A stretch of 64,000 bases of DNA from an uncultured Candidatus Saccharibacteria bacterium. Its GTDB lineage: Bacteria; Patescibacteriota; CPR2; UBA1875; CAIMLA01. Positions within the stretch are counted from its first letter, which is position 1, and every line of letters begins with the position of its first letter. The notes under the pieces are model-generated. The model saw only the letters and a list, made by a program, of their open reading frames with translations. It made no database searches and was not told the origin of the DNA. Location of the stretch: assembly GCA_964641375.1 (NCBI GenBank), contig CAZXMN010000001.1, positions 91,464 through 155,463 on the forward strand, read 5' to 3'. Below, piece by piece: positions 43,306-54,082 of the stretch. Position numbers and translations under genes: made by a program.

Positions 43306-43760
43306 CAAAGCACTCCTAGAATCTTTAAGGCTTTTTTGAAATATTCCATCGCCTTTTTCCCGTTTGAAACATTGAAATCAATCCCGTTATCATGTGCCAC
43401 TGAATTACGAACTTTATGCGCATACCATAGATTGTCATAATCGGAATAATTAGAGAACAACTTTTGCCCCGCTTTAAGCATATCGGCAAAGGTATTTCCC
43501 GGTAGTCCCTTCGAAGAGAGAACCTGTTCCACCAACTTATCAGCATCCATCACCGAGGCTTTTATCTGTGCCGGCCCACCGAGGTTAGCCGTAGCTTCTA
43601 TCTCTGACCATTTACTTTGAATCTGTCTCCTGTCTAAACTCACAGCATTATTGTACTTACTGCCGTTTGATTTCTTTTTCTTACCGAAACCACCAAAAAC
43701 CGGAATCACAATAATGGAAGCAAGTATAATGGCAAAGATTAGGACATAAACTGACAACAT
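43305..43760 (-). CDS. Membrane-anchored HEPN-like protein
   Basis: N-terminal TM, all-alpha domain with LWYAHKVRNSVAH (Rx4H). Confidence 0.7.
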   Translation of the reverse strand: MLSVYVLIFAIILASIIVIPVFGGFGKKKKSNGSKYNNAVSLDRRQIQSKWSEIEATANLGGPAQIKASVMDADKLVEQVLSSKGLPGNTFADMLKAGQKLFSNYSDYDNLWYAHKVRNSVAHDNGIDFNVSNGKKAMEYFKKALKILGVL

Positions 43761-44506
43761 TAATTTTCCTCGATTGTAACCTTATTAATAAGAACTGTTG
43801 TGGTTGGTTTTGATTGTTCGCCTTGTCCATTATCAACAGTTGGTGTGATATTAATCTTATTCACTACGTCCATGCCTGAAGTAACATTACCAAAGATCGT
43901 ATAGCTCTTCGGTAACTTACCGCCACTGTAATCGCCGGTCATGATAAAGAACTGAGAACCGTTCGTATTCGCACCAGAATTAGCCATGGCGACAGTGCCT
44001 GGCGTATAGTCACCAACAACTTTTTCGTCGTCAAACTTATAGCCAGGACCTCCTGATCCATTTCCAAGAGGATCGCCACCTTGAATCATAAAGTCCTTCA
44101 CGATTCGGTGAAAAGTTAAACCGTCGTAGTATCCGTCCTTCGCGAGCACAACAAAGTTATTCACCGTCTTTGGAGCGTCCTTGGCATCTAGTGTAATTTC
44201 GAAATTGCCATCATTTGTCTCAAATTTAGCAACATAAGTCTTGCTCGTATCAATTTGCATATCAGGAGCCTGGGAATAGGTACGAGATGATGTTTTATAA
44301 CTCTTCACTTTTGCCACTGCTTTCGCTTTATTAAAAAAATTATTTTTGATGTACGAAGTGCCGAAGAAAATCCCAGTCCCGAGCAAAGCTCCAGCTGCGA
44401 TACCTAGTAACACAAATCCGAAAATTTTAAACCTTCGCTCTTTATTTAGAACTTTTTGGATTCGCTCTATTTTTCGTTGCTCTTTGAGTTTTTCTGCTTT
44501 ACCCAT
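43760..44506 (-). CDS. Cyclophilin-type peptidyl-prolyl isomerase, membrane-anchored
   Basis: FHRIVKDFMIQGGDP, VAMANSGANTNGSQFFI; TM near N-terminus. Confidence 0.95.
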   Translation of the reverse strand: MGKAEKLKEQRKIERIQKVLNKERRFKIFGFVLLGIAAGALLGTGIFFGTSYIKNNFFNKAKAVAKVKSYKTSSRTYSQAPDMQIDTSKTYVAKFETNDGNFEITLDAKDAPKTVNNFVVLAKDGYYDGLTFHRIVKDFMIQGGDPLGNGSGGPGYKFDDEKVVGDYTPGTVAMANSGANTNGSQFFIMTGDYSGGKLPKSYTIFGNVTSGMDVVNKINITPTVDNGQGEQSKPTTTVLINKVTIEEN

Positions 44507-45940
44507 TTATTTCTCCGCTTTCTTTTCGTACATATGTCCGAAATTCAGTACTGTTTCTTCGTCAAAATGTTTACCAATAATTTGCATCCCCATTGGAAGG
44601 CTGCTGCTATCAAAACCACAAGGGAGTGAAAGTGCTGGGTTCCCAGCCAGATTAATGGCTGCAGTGTAGACATCGGCCAGATACATTTGGACCGGGTCAC
44701 TTGTTTTCTCGCCGATCTTAAAGGCAGTCGTCGGTGCTACTGGAGCTAGTATGACATCGACTTTCTCAAGAGCCTTCTCGAAATCCTGCTTGATAAGTGT
44801 GCGCACTTTCATTGCTTTATTATAATAAGCATCGTAATAACCGGCTGAGAGCACGAAAGTCCCGAGCATTATTCTCCTCTTCGCTTCGGCGCCAAGTCCT
44901 TCATCACGTGACTTGAAATAATGATCTATTAAATTCTCGGATTCGCTAGAACTATGGCCATATTTAATACCGTCGTAACGACCTAGGTTGGAACTGACTT
45001 CAGCTGGTTGAATAATATAGTAAACGGGCACGCCATATTTAATATTCGGCAGGCTGATATCCACAATTTCGGCGCCCAGTTCCTGATATATTTTCTTCGC
45101 GGAGTCTATGGCTGTGGCAATTTCTTTGTTTAAACCTAGCTCGACGAATTCCTTAGCCCATCCAATTTTCTTGCCTTTGAGAGGTTTATCGAGGGCAAGT
45201 GAATAATTTGGCACAGGTAAATCAACGGATGTCGAATCTTTTTCATCGTGACCGGCAATTACTTCTAGAATTTTAGCAATATCTTCTACATGGCTTGCGA
45301 TTGGACCCACACAATCCAGAGATGATGCCATAGCGATGAGGCCATATCTAGAAACACGACCGTATGTAGGCTTCAGACCAACAACACCACAAAACGCGGC
45401 TGGTTGACGAATTGAACCGCCGGTGTCAGAACCGATTGAATATACACATTCACCAGAGGCTACCGCCGCAGCCGAACCACCAGACGAACCGCCAGAAACT
45501 CTAGTAGAATCCCATGGGTTTTTTGTCACACCGTAATCTGAATTCTCGGTACTTGCCCCATGTGCCCAAGCGTCACAATTATTTTTACCAACGATAACCG
45601 CTCCTGCATCTTTTAGCTTTTTGACCACCGTTGCATCATAAGCGGGCACAAAATCATCTAACATCTTGCTTGAGGCAGTTGTACGAACATCTTTTGTACA
45701 GAAAACATCTTTGATCCCAACAACTACGCCATCCAAAATACCCTTTGATTTTCCTGACTCAAATCTCTTCGATGAAGACATTGCCTCCTGAAGAGCACTT
45801 TCTGCCGTAACCGTGACGAAAGCGTTCAATTCATCTTCGCGAATATCAATTGTTCTTAGTATTTCTTTCAGTTCGTCATTTACACAATCCGGTCTTTGCA
45901 TAAATTTTTTATTCAATTCTGTAATTGTATCTTTAGCCAT
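44507..45940 (-). CDS. gatA: Asp/Glu-tRNA amidotransferase subunit A
   Basis: Amidase signature GGSSGGSAAAVA, GSDTGGSIRQPA. Confidence 0.97.
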   Translation of the reverse strand: MAKDTITELNKKFMQRPDCVNDELKEILRTIDIREDELNAFVTVTAESALQEAMSSSKRFESGKSKGILDGVVVGIKDVFCTKDVRTTASSKMLDDFVPAYDATVVKKLKDAGAVIVGKNNCDAWAHGASTENSDYGVTKNPWDSTRVSGGSSGGSAAAVASGECVYSIGSDTGGSIRQPAAFCGVVGLKPTYGRVSRYGLIAMASSLDCVGPIASHVEDIAKILEVIAGHDEKDSTSVDLPVPNYSLALDKPLKGKKIGWAKEFVELGLNKEIATAIDSAKKIYQELGAEIVDISLPNIKYGVPVYYIIQPAEVSSNLGRYDGIKYGHSSSESENLIDHYFKSRDEGLGAEAKRRIMLGTFVLSAGYYDAYYNKAMKVRTLIKQDFEKALEKVDVILAPVAPTTAFKIGEKTSDPVQMYLADVYTAAINLAGNPALSLPCGFDSSSLPMGMQIIGKHFDEETVLNFGHMYEKKAEK

Positions 45941-46231
45941 TTATAACACCGACTTTACCTTTATAAAGCCATTTTCTGTGTCAGGAGTATTGCTAAGAAG
46001 CTCGTCTCTGTCAATATCGCTTCTCAAGACCTTATCATCCCTGGTCACGTTCGTAAGCCCTGTTACTTGGCTAGTTGGCTCAACCTGACTAACGTCCACT
46101 TCATCTAACTGCTTCACGTATTCCAAAATATCAGTCATTTGTGAAGCAAGAGACTGTTTTTCAGCTTTTGTCAGACCAAGTCTAGCCAATTTAGCCAATT
46201 TATCTATATCAGTTATTGTAATTTTGTCCAT
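45941..46231 (-). CDS. gatC: Asp/Glu-tRNA amidotransferase subunit C
   Basis: KLAKLARL, ILEYVKQLDEVD, NVTRDD; start at MDKIT. Confidence 0.93.
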   Translation of the reverse strand: MDKITITDIDKLAKLARLGLTKAEKQSLASQMTDILEYVKQLDEVDVSQVEPTSQVTGLTNVTRDDKVLRSDIDRDELLSNTPDTENGFIKVKSVL

Positions 46232-46260
46232 AAAACCGCATTTTTTACCTACAGAGTATA

Positions 46261-48297
<2,037 letters not shown>

Positions 48298-48313
48298 CTA
48301 GTTGATTTGTTCT

Positions 48314-49222
48314 TTACATCGCCATTTCGCGCAAACGTTTGATGCGTTCTGCTGGATCTGGGTGAGTACTGAATAAATTGGCGAAGAGATTACGATTTTT
48401 ACCCTTAGAATCCTTTAGTGGTTCAGAAAAATAGAGATGAGCAGTAGCATTATTGGCATGAATTAAAGGTTCGGGGTCTGCTGTAATCTTCTGGAGGGCA
48501 TCGGCTAGCTCATTCGGGTTACGCGTAAGAAGCGCGCCGCTGGCGTCCGCTAGAAACTCGCGTTTTCTAGAAATAGCGAGTTGAATCAGGGTCGCAAAAA
48601 GTGGCGAAAGTAAGGCTAAAACAAGTCCAACAATCATAAAGATACCGCCCGAATCATTGTTATTGTTACTCCTGCGACCACCACCAAATAAACTAATTCG
48701 GAAAAACCAATTCGAAACCAAAACAACAATACCGACCAAAACTACTATTGCTGTCGAAAGCAAAATATCATAGTTTCCTATATGCGAAAATTCATGCGCA
48801 AGAACTCCCTCAAGCTCGGGCTTATTCAACTTCGTAAGGAGTCCTCTAGTCACCGCTATTGAGGCATGCTTGGGATCACGCCCGGTGGCAAAAGCGTTTG
48901 GGGCCATATCATCAATAATGTAGACTTTCGGCGTTGGTATGCCTGCCGTGATTGAGAGATTCTCTACCAGACGATAAAGCTCTGGAGCATCACTCTTATT
49001 TACTTCGTGAGCACCAGCAACAGCCAAGGCAATCTTGTCACTCCACCAATAAGTTGTCACACCTTGGAAAAGAGCAAAGAAAATTGCAAATGGGAAAAGC
49101 CAGCTAATGTCTAGAGCCCGTCCGAGAACATATCCTAGCAGAATTACAAAGCTGAGGAAAAAGACAATCCAGAGGGTCGTCTTCGTCTTGTTACTTGTGA
49201 TATTGGTGTAAGTCGTAGCCAT
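48314..49222 (-). CDS. htpX: Zinc metalloprotease HtpX (M48)
   Basis: PNAFATGR, HEFSH, ISRKREFLAD, STHP. Confidence 0.96.
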   Translation of the reverse strand: MATTYTNITSNKTKTTLWIVFFLSFVILLGYVLGRALDISWLFPFAIFFALFQGVTTYWWSDKIALAVAGAHEVNKSDAPELYRLVENLSITAGIPTPKVYIIDDMAPNAFATGRDPKHASIAVTRGLLTKLNKPELEGVLAHEFSHIGNYDILLSTAIVVLVGIVVLVSNWFFRISLFGGGRRSNNNNDSGGIFMIVGLVLALLSPLFATLIQLAISRKREFLADASGALLTRNPNELADALQKITADPEPLIHANNATAHLYFSEPLKDSKGKNRNLFANLFSTHPDPAERIKRLREMAM

Positions 49223-49232
49223 GTGCTACCTA

Positions 49233-49781
49233 CTAGAATTCAACTTTAACGTTTGCCTTCTCAGTATCCGCTGCTTCGATGAATTCAAATTTGCCGAAAC
49301 CAAGTTGCTTAGCATAAATGTTGGTTGGAAAAACCTCGATTTTCGTGTTGAAGTCGCGAACATTGGCGTTGTAGAAACGCTGTGCTGCCATGATCTTGTC
49401 CTGAGTATCGGTCAACTCTTCCTGAAGTTGCAGGAAGTTTGTGTTTGCCTTAAGGTCTGGATAATTTTCTGCTACCGCAAAAAGTGACTTTAGTGTGTCG
49501 GTAAGTTGGTTACTAGCTTGGATTTTGTCGGCAGTTGAACCCTTTACCAAACCTGCTCTTTCCTCGGTCACTTTTTCTAGTAGCTCCTTTTCGTGACTAG
49601 CATAACCCTTGACGGTACTGACGAGATTAGGGATGAGTTCATAACGTCTTTTCAGTTGAACATCAATGTCACTAGAAGCTTCCGCTACTCTATTTTTCAG
49701 GGTAATTAGACCATTATATGTAACGATTACATAGAGGGCGATTACTACTACAATTCCGAGTAAAATCCATACTGCTGTCAT
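49233..49781 (-). CDS. lemA: LemA family protein
   Basis: QLKRRYELIPNLV, ENYPDLKAN; lemA-htpX pairing. Confidence 0.96.
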   Translation of the reverse strand: MTAVWILLGIVVVIALYVIVTYNGLITLKNRVAEASSDIDVQLKRRYELIPNLVSTVKGYASHEKELLEKVTEERAGLVKGSTADKIQASNQLTDTLKSLFAVAENYPDLKANTNFLQLQEELTDTQDKIMAAQRFYNANVRDFNTKIEVFPTNIYAKQLGFGKFEFIEAADTEKANVKVEF

Positions 49782-49795
49782 GGGACTCCTTTCGA

Positions 49796-50245
49796 TTATT
49801 TCTTTGGTATTTTTATTACTTGTCCAATTTGTAAATCTTCGCTTGTTGAATTGTTGTATTGCATGAGCTCTGCTGAGGAAAGATTATTAGCGTTTGCAAT
49901 TGAACTGTAGGTATCTCCGGCTACAACAGTATACGTATCAGATGTTGTGGTTGCGGTCGTAGAAGGAGTTGTCGCCGTTGGTGCAGGAGTAGTAGCTGCC
50001 GGAGTAGTGTCAGTAGCTGGAGTTTGAACCGCAGAATCAGGTCTTGATTCTATCTTTTCGTCAGCAGACTTCTGCTGAACCTTGTCAGGTTTGAAAATAA
50101 GTTCATAGCTAGCAACACCGATGGTGCCAAAGACAAGCACAATCGCGATCAGTGCCGTCACAGTTCCTAGAATATTTTTTTTGCTTCCGCTCTCTTTGAT
50201 TTCTTTCTTGAATTCGTCGGAAAGCTGACTACCGTCTTTTTTCAT
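49796..50245 (-). CDS. Membrane-anchored LysM protein
   Basis: TM, T/P/A linker, C-terminal YTVVAGDTYSSIA...LQIGQVIKIP; true start at MKKDG because the ORF-track extension overlaps tRNAs. Confidence 0.9.
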   Translation of the reverse strand: MKKDGSQLSDEFKKEIKESGSKKNILGTVTALIAIVLVFGTIGVASYELIFKPDKVQQKSADEKIESRPDSAVQTPATDTTPAATTPAPTATTPSTTATTTSDTYTVVAGDTYSSIANANNLSSAELMQYNNSTSEDLQIGQVIKIPKK

Positions 50246-50272
50246 AACAAGAATCATTATACACCTAAAAAT

Positions 50273-50304
50273 AAAAAAATCATCAACGTTCTGATGATTT
50301 TTTT
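50273..50304 (-). terminator. Terminator after tRNA cluster
   Basis: aaaaaaatcatca-acgttc-tgatgattttttt. Confidence 0.65.
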
Positions 50305-50388
50305 GGTGCCCGGGGCGGGACTTGAACCCGCAAGACCGAAGCCAACGGATTTTAAGTCCGTCGCGTATACCAATTCCGCCACCCGGGC
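50304..50388 (-). tRNA. tRNA-Leu(TAA)
   Basis: acgga-ctTAAaa-tccgt; CCA encoded. Confidence 0.95.
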
Positions 50389-50395
50389 GTATAAG

Positions 50396-50469
50396 TGGAG
50401 GCCTGACCCGGAATTGAACCGGGGTACGCGGTTTTGCAGACCGCTGCGTAACCACTCCGCCATCAGGCC
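50396..50469 (-). tRNA. tRNA-Cys(GCA)
   Basis: gcggt-ctGCAaa-accgc; U73 and CCA. Confidence 0.95.
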
Positions 50470-50490
50470 ACGTCTGAGGAAAAGATAAAA

Positions 50491-50565
50491 TGGAGCGGGA
50501 GACGGGGATCGAACCCGCGACCTCAACCTTGGCAAGGTTGCGCTCTACCGCTAAGCTACTCCCGC
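50491..50565 (-). tRNA. tRNA-Gly(GCC)
   Basis: caacc-ttGCCaa-ggttg. Confidence 0.95.
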
Positions 50566-50568
50566 AAG

Positions 50569-50644
<76 letters not shown>

Positions 50645-50657
50645 ATGATTATTTTTT

Positions 50658-50734
50658 TGGTGGGCGCCAAGGGATTCGAACCCCTGACCCTCTCGGTGTA
50701 AACGAGATGCTCTAACCAGCTGAGCTAGGCGCCC
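50658..50734 (-). tRNA. tRNA-Val(TAC)
   Basis: tctcg-ttTACac-cgaga. Confidence 0.95.
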
Positions 50735-50966
50735 ACGTCAGCGCAAGCTAACGTGTTACACAGAACCGCCAATAGGCGTCTGTTTCACACTTTCGCTATG
50801 CCTCCTCTCCAGTCAAAATCGACAGATTTTGCCTGAGGGGAAACGGAACGAAGTGGTCCCTGCCGAGAAAATTTGTAATTTTCTCGGAAAAAGGAACATC
50901 TACGAAGGTGCAGAGCGATTGGCTTTAGCCAACTCATGAAGACCGAAGTAGGATGCGACGACGCAG
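50735..50966 (-). other. Highly structured 232-nt tRNA spacer (candidate ncRNA or miniature element)
   Basis: Series of abutting imperfect hairpins filling the spacer. Confidence 0.55.
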
Positions 50967-51053
50967 TGGTGCGGACGAGAGGACTTGAACCTCCAAGGCC
51001 TTGCGGCCACTAGCCCCTCATGCTAGCGCGTATACCAATTCCGCCACGCCCGC
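50967..51053 (-). tRNA. tRNA-Leu(GAG)
   Basis: ctagc-atGAGgg-gctag, long variable arm ggcc-gcaa-ggcc. Confidence 0.92.
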
Positions 51054-51079
51054 TAATAAATACCAGTTTCGCAAGGGAA

Positions 51080-51108
51080 ATTATACGTTATTTTGGGTCG
51101 ATAGTCAA
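51080..51108 (-). promoter_or_regulatory. tRNA operon promoter
   Basis: TTGACT-17-TATAAT on minus strand. Confidence 0.75.
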
Positions 51109-51114
51109 TCGAAT

Positions 51115-52875
51115 CTATCTGGTTTGTTTAGACTTAATGTACCAGTCATAAATATTATTTAACATATCATCTGACTGAGATATTCGGACTTGTGTTGAAC
51201 CACTTACCTCCTTGGATAAGGCTGAGATATGAAGGGGAGTATATAGGAATAATGCCGGTTGTTGCTCTATAATAACTTGCTGAATTTCCTTGAATCTTTC
51301 CGAACGATAAGCCGGGTCGCTACTACGACGTACCTGCTCAAGCAGTTTATCAACTTTTTTATCACTGAAACCAGTTAAGTTCAAACCCGGATCAGCAATC
51401 TGAGAAGAATGCCAAAAGCTGTAGAGATCTTCATCTATGCCTACATTCTGGCCAATAAGTAACATATCAAAGTTGCGCGGTCGAATATAATTCGCGCTAA
51501 TTTCATTGATATCTGCTGGAATTAAATCGACTCCAACTCCAATCGCTGCAAATTGTTTTTTAATGATGCTAGCAACGTCAGTATTCTCTGTATTGTTTAT
51601 ATATACGAGTCTAAAACTCATAACTTTTCCGTCCTTACGACGAATACCATCTTTTCCTTTTATCCACCCGGCCTTCTCGAGAGCATCGCTAGCCGTGGCC
51701 GGATTATAATCTATCCCCTTCGCAGTTGGATCATAACCAGAACGGCCTGGCATGATGGGAACTGAAATCTCTTTCGCATTACCACCTAGTGCACCATTAA
51801 TAATATCAGGCCTATTTATCGCTGCCGCTAAGTCTTTTCGGATATCCACATTGGAGAGTAGATCATTCTTGTAATTGAAATTTAATACTTCGTACTGTGG
51901 TAAATAGTTCTTGATTAAATTTAGGTTGGCAAGTTTGCTGACAGCAGTATTCTCATCTAACGGAACATCAGCAACACCACTAACTTGTCTGCTGGTTAGG
52001 CCTTTATATAGAGACTCTTGGTCACTGTAGAGAATCAAACGGACCTGATCGATATACGGCCGATGAATTGCAAAGTCTTTATTTGATTCTAATACTACTT
52101 CTGTTTGAGTCCCAAGCTGGTCAAAACGGACGAATTTATAAGGTCCAGTACCGATCGGGTTCGTATTAAACTCAGCTAGTTTAATATTCTTGGCATCTAT
52201 ACCTTGGAGCAAATGCGCCGGCAGGATGGCCTGGTTCGCAACATCAAGAAATTCAGGATACGCATTCGGAAGCGTGAATTTAACTTCATAATCATTAACC
52301 TTTGTGACAGTAACACCGCGCCAAACCTGTGAGAGACTAGTTCTCGTATCTGGGTTCTGAATAAGGCTTATTGTGTAAACCACGTCATCCGCGGTAAATT
52401 TCTGGCCATCCTGCCATTTCACGTTGCTCTTTAGCTTAAAATCATAGGTAAGTTTATCGTCTGAAACTGTCCAACTAGAAGCGAGATCGGGTACATAATT
52501 CGTAGCCGAAACAGTTCTTGTCAGACCGGAGAATATTAGCTTATCTGTTTCATTTTCAGCATCACCCTGAATAAAAAGTGGATTCATCTTCTCGACAGTC
52601 CCAACAACGCCCTGGGAGTAACTACCACCGAAATCAGGAATATTTTTTACAAAATATGTTTGTAAATAATCAAAGCGTTGCACAAACATTGCCATAATGA
52701 CGACCGACAAAACAGAGCTGAAAAGCACAAGATTGCGAAGATGAACAATATCTGGAATTTTCTTGATATTGGCAAGTGTAAGATTACGCAAATCCTTGAG
52801 ATGAGTCTGACGAATATCGATTATTAACTTTTTTAGCTTCAAGCGAAACTTGATGCTAAGATTTTTTAGTTTCAT
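51115..52875 (-). CDS. Family 5 (OppA/DppA-like) solute-binding protein, TM-anchored
   Basis: LIFSGL, PDLASSW, KWQDGQKFTADDVVYT, PIGTGPYKF. Confidence 0.92.
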   Translation of the reverse strand: MKLKNLSIKFRLKLKKLIIDIRQTHLKDLRNLTLANIKKIPDIVHLRNLVLFSSVLSVVIMAMFVQRFDYLQTYFVKNIPDFGGSYSQGVVGTVEKMNPLFIQGDAENETDKLIFSGLTRTVSATNYVPDLASSWTVSDDKLTYDFKLKSNVKWQDGQKFTADDVVYTISLIQNPDTRTSLSQVWRGVTVTKVNDYEVKFTLPNAYPEFLDVANQAILPAHLLQGIDAKNIKLAEFNTNPIGTGPYKFVRFDQLGTQTEVVLESNKDFAIHRPYIDQVRLILYSDQESLYKGLTSRQVSGVADVPLDENTAVSKLANLNLIKNYLPQYEVLNFNYKNDLLSNVDIRKDLAAAINRPDIINGALGGNAKEISVPIMPGRSGYDPTAKGIDYNPATASDALEKAGWIKGKDGIRRKDGKVMSFRLVYINNTENTDVASIIKKQFAAIGVGVDLIPADINEISANYIRPRNFDMLLIGQNVGIDEDLYSFWHSSQIADPGLNLTGFSDKKVDKLLEQVRRSSDPAYRSERFKEIQQVIIEQQPALFLYTPLHISALSKEVSGSTQVRISQSDDMLNNIYDWYIKSKQTR

Positions 52876-53091
52876 TTAGACAAATAAGATTAGCATAGCG
52901 CTGATACATAGAACAGAGGCAGAAACAATAGTGAATATAACAAGAAATTTCTCTGCTCCCCTTTTGGTCATATAGGATACATCAGAACCGCCAAAAACAC
53001 CGGAAAGACCGGCTCCTTTCTGCTGCAATATTATCGCAAGGACCGTCAGAATAGATGAGATAATTATAATTATATTTAATACATTTTTCAT
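52876..53091 (-). CDS. secG: Preprotein translocase SecG
   Basis: ILQQKGAGLSGVFGGS..TKRGAEKFL, two TMs. Confidence 0.93.
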   Translation of the reverse strand: MKNVLNIIIIISSILTVLAIILQQKGAGLSGVFGGSDVSYMTKRGAEKFLVIFTIVSASVLCISAMLILFV

Positions 53092-53140
53092 TGCTTAGAT
53101 ATTTTAACAGAAAAAATGCTTTTCGTAAACTTTTAAGACC

Positions 53141-54082
53141 TTATTTTCTGTTTAATTGTTTAGATTTACCAATAATCCGCCAGGCTTCTGCTCCGAGTTT
53201 CACTGAATCATGATAGAGAGAGTTCGTTTCATCTACCAAATCTGCGTAGAGCAACCGATAACGGTTATTCCCACTGCAATCTGGTCTAACCGGTGATACA
53301 AAACCGTCACCAGAACCGTCTGGGAAGTTACTGCTATTTAGAAGAACTGAGTCGAAATCGACTGAATATTTCTCCAAAGTCTTCAAATGATCACCAGCAG
53401 AATAATTATCAGTCTCTCCTCTCTCGGTCGAAACGTTGCAAATATAAACTTTGAGTGCCTTAGCTTCGGCGAGTGATTTGGACATTTGGGACTGTAAAAA
53501 ATTTGGAATTATGCTTGTATACAGACTGCCAGGACCAATAAAAATAACATCTGATGAGTCAATTGCAGCAATAACCCTCGGATTTGTTTTTACTTTATTA
53601 GTAAGCGAAATCTCTTTGATTTTATGCAAATAACCATATTTCGTAATCTTCGATTCGCCAGTGATTAACTTCCCGTTATCGAACTCGGCCATCAAGTTAA
53701 CATCATCAAAAGTTGCCGGTAAAACCTGGCCTTTTATATTTAGGAGCGCCGAAATCTCCTCAATGGCAAGCTCGAAATTACCAGTCATGTCTTTCATTGC
53801 GCTGATTAGGAGATTTCCCAAGCTATGGCCAGCTAAACCGAGTCCGGTCTTGAAACGATATTCAAAAAGATCAGTAAGAGCAGTTTCGTTCTCCGAAAGT
53901 GCAGCGATGCATTTGCGAATGTCTCCTGGTGGCAACAGATTAAAGTCTTTCCTCAGACGGCCGCTGCTAGCCCCATCATCAGTCATTGTCACAATCGCGG
54001 TTATATCTATCGGATAATCACGAAGGCCACGCAGAAGAGTCGCTAAACCTGAACCGCCCCCGATTACAACTACTTTTTTCAT
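53141..54082 (-). CDS. yvcK: YvcK/GlmR (CofD-like) family protein
   Basis: IGGGSGL, DDGASSGRLR, PPGDIR, GHSLGNL, GPGSLYTSI. Confidence 0.93.
   Translation of the reverse strand: MKKVVVIGGGSGLATLLRGLRDYPIDITAIVTMTDDGASSGRLRKDFNLLPPGDIRKCIAALSENETALTDLFEYRFKTGLGLAGHSLGNLLISAMKDMTGNFELAIEEISALLNIKGQVLPATFDDVNLMAEFDNGKLITGESKITKYGYLHKIKEISLTNKVKTNPRVIAAIDSSDVIFIGPGSLYTSIIPNFLQSQMSKSLAEAKALKVYICNVSTERGETDNYSAGDHLKTLEKYSVDFDSVLLNSSNFPDGSGDGFVSPVRPDCSGNNRYRLLYADLVDETNSLYHDSVKLGAEAWRIIGKSKQLNRK

Noticed and set aside
50246-50535. N-terminal extension of the LysM ORF and ORFs 50257-50535 and 50294-50488
   Set aside because: They are translations of tRNA genes
50735-50966. Spacer as a tRNA intron, tmRNA, RNase P or SRP RNA
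   Set aside because: Both flanking tRNAs are complete with CCA, and I could not recognise group I core, tmRNA ends, RNase P P4 or SRP loop motifs
50967-51053. Possible selenocysteine or opal-suppressor tRNA, or genetic code 25
   Set aside because: The anticodon on the coding strand is GAG, and TGA terminates genes such as rnhB and ligA at their normal ends
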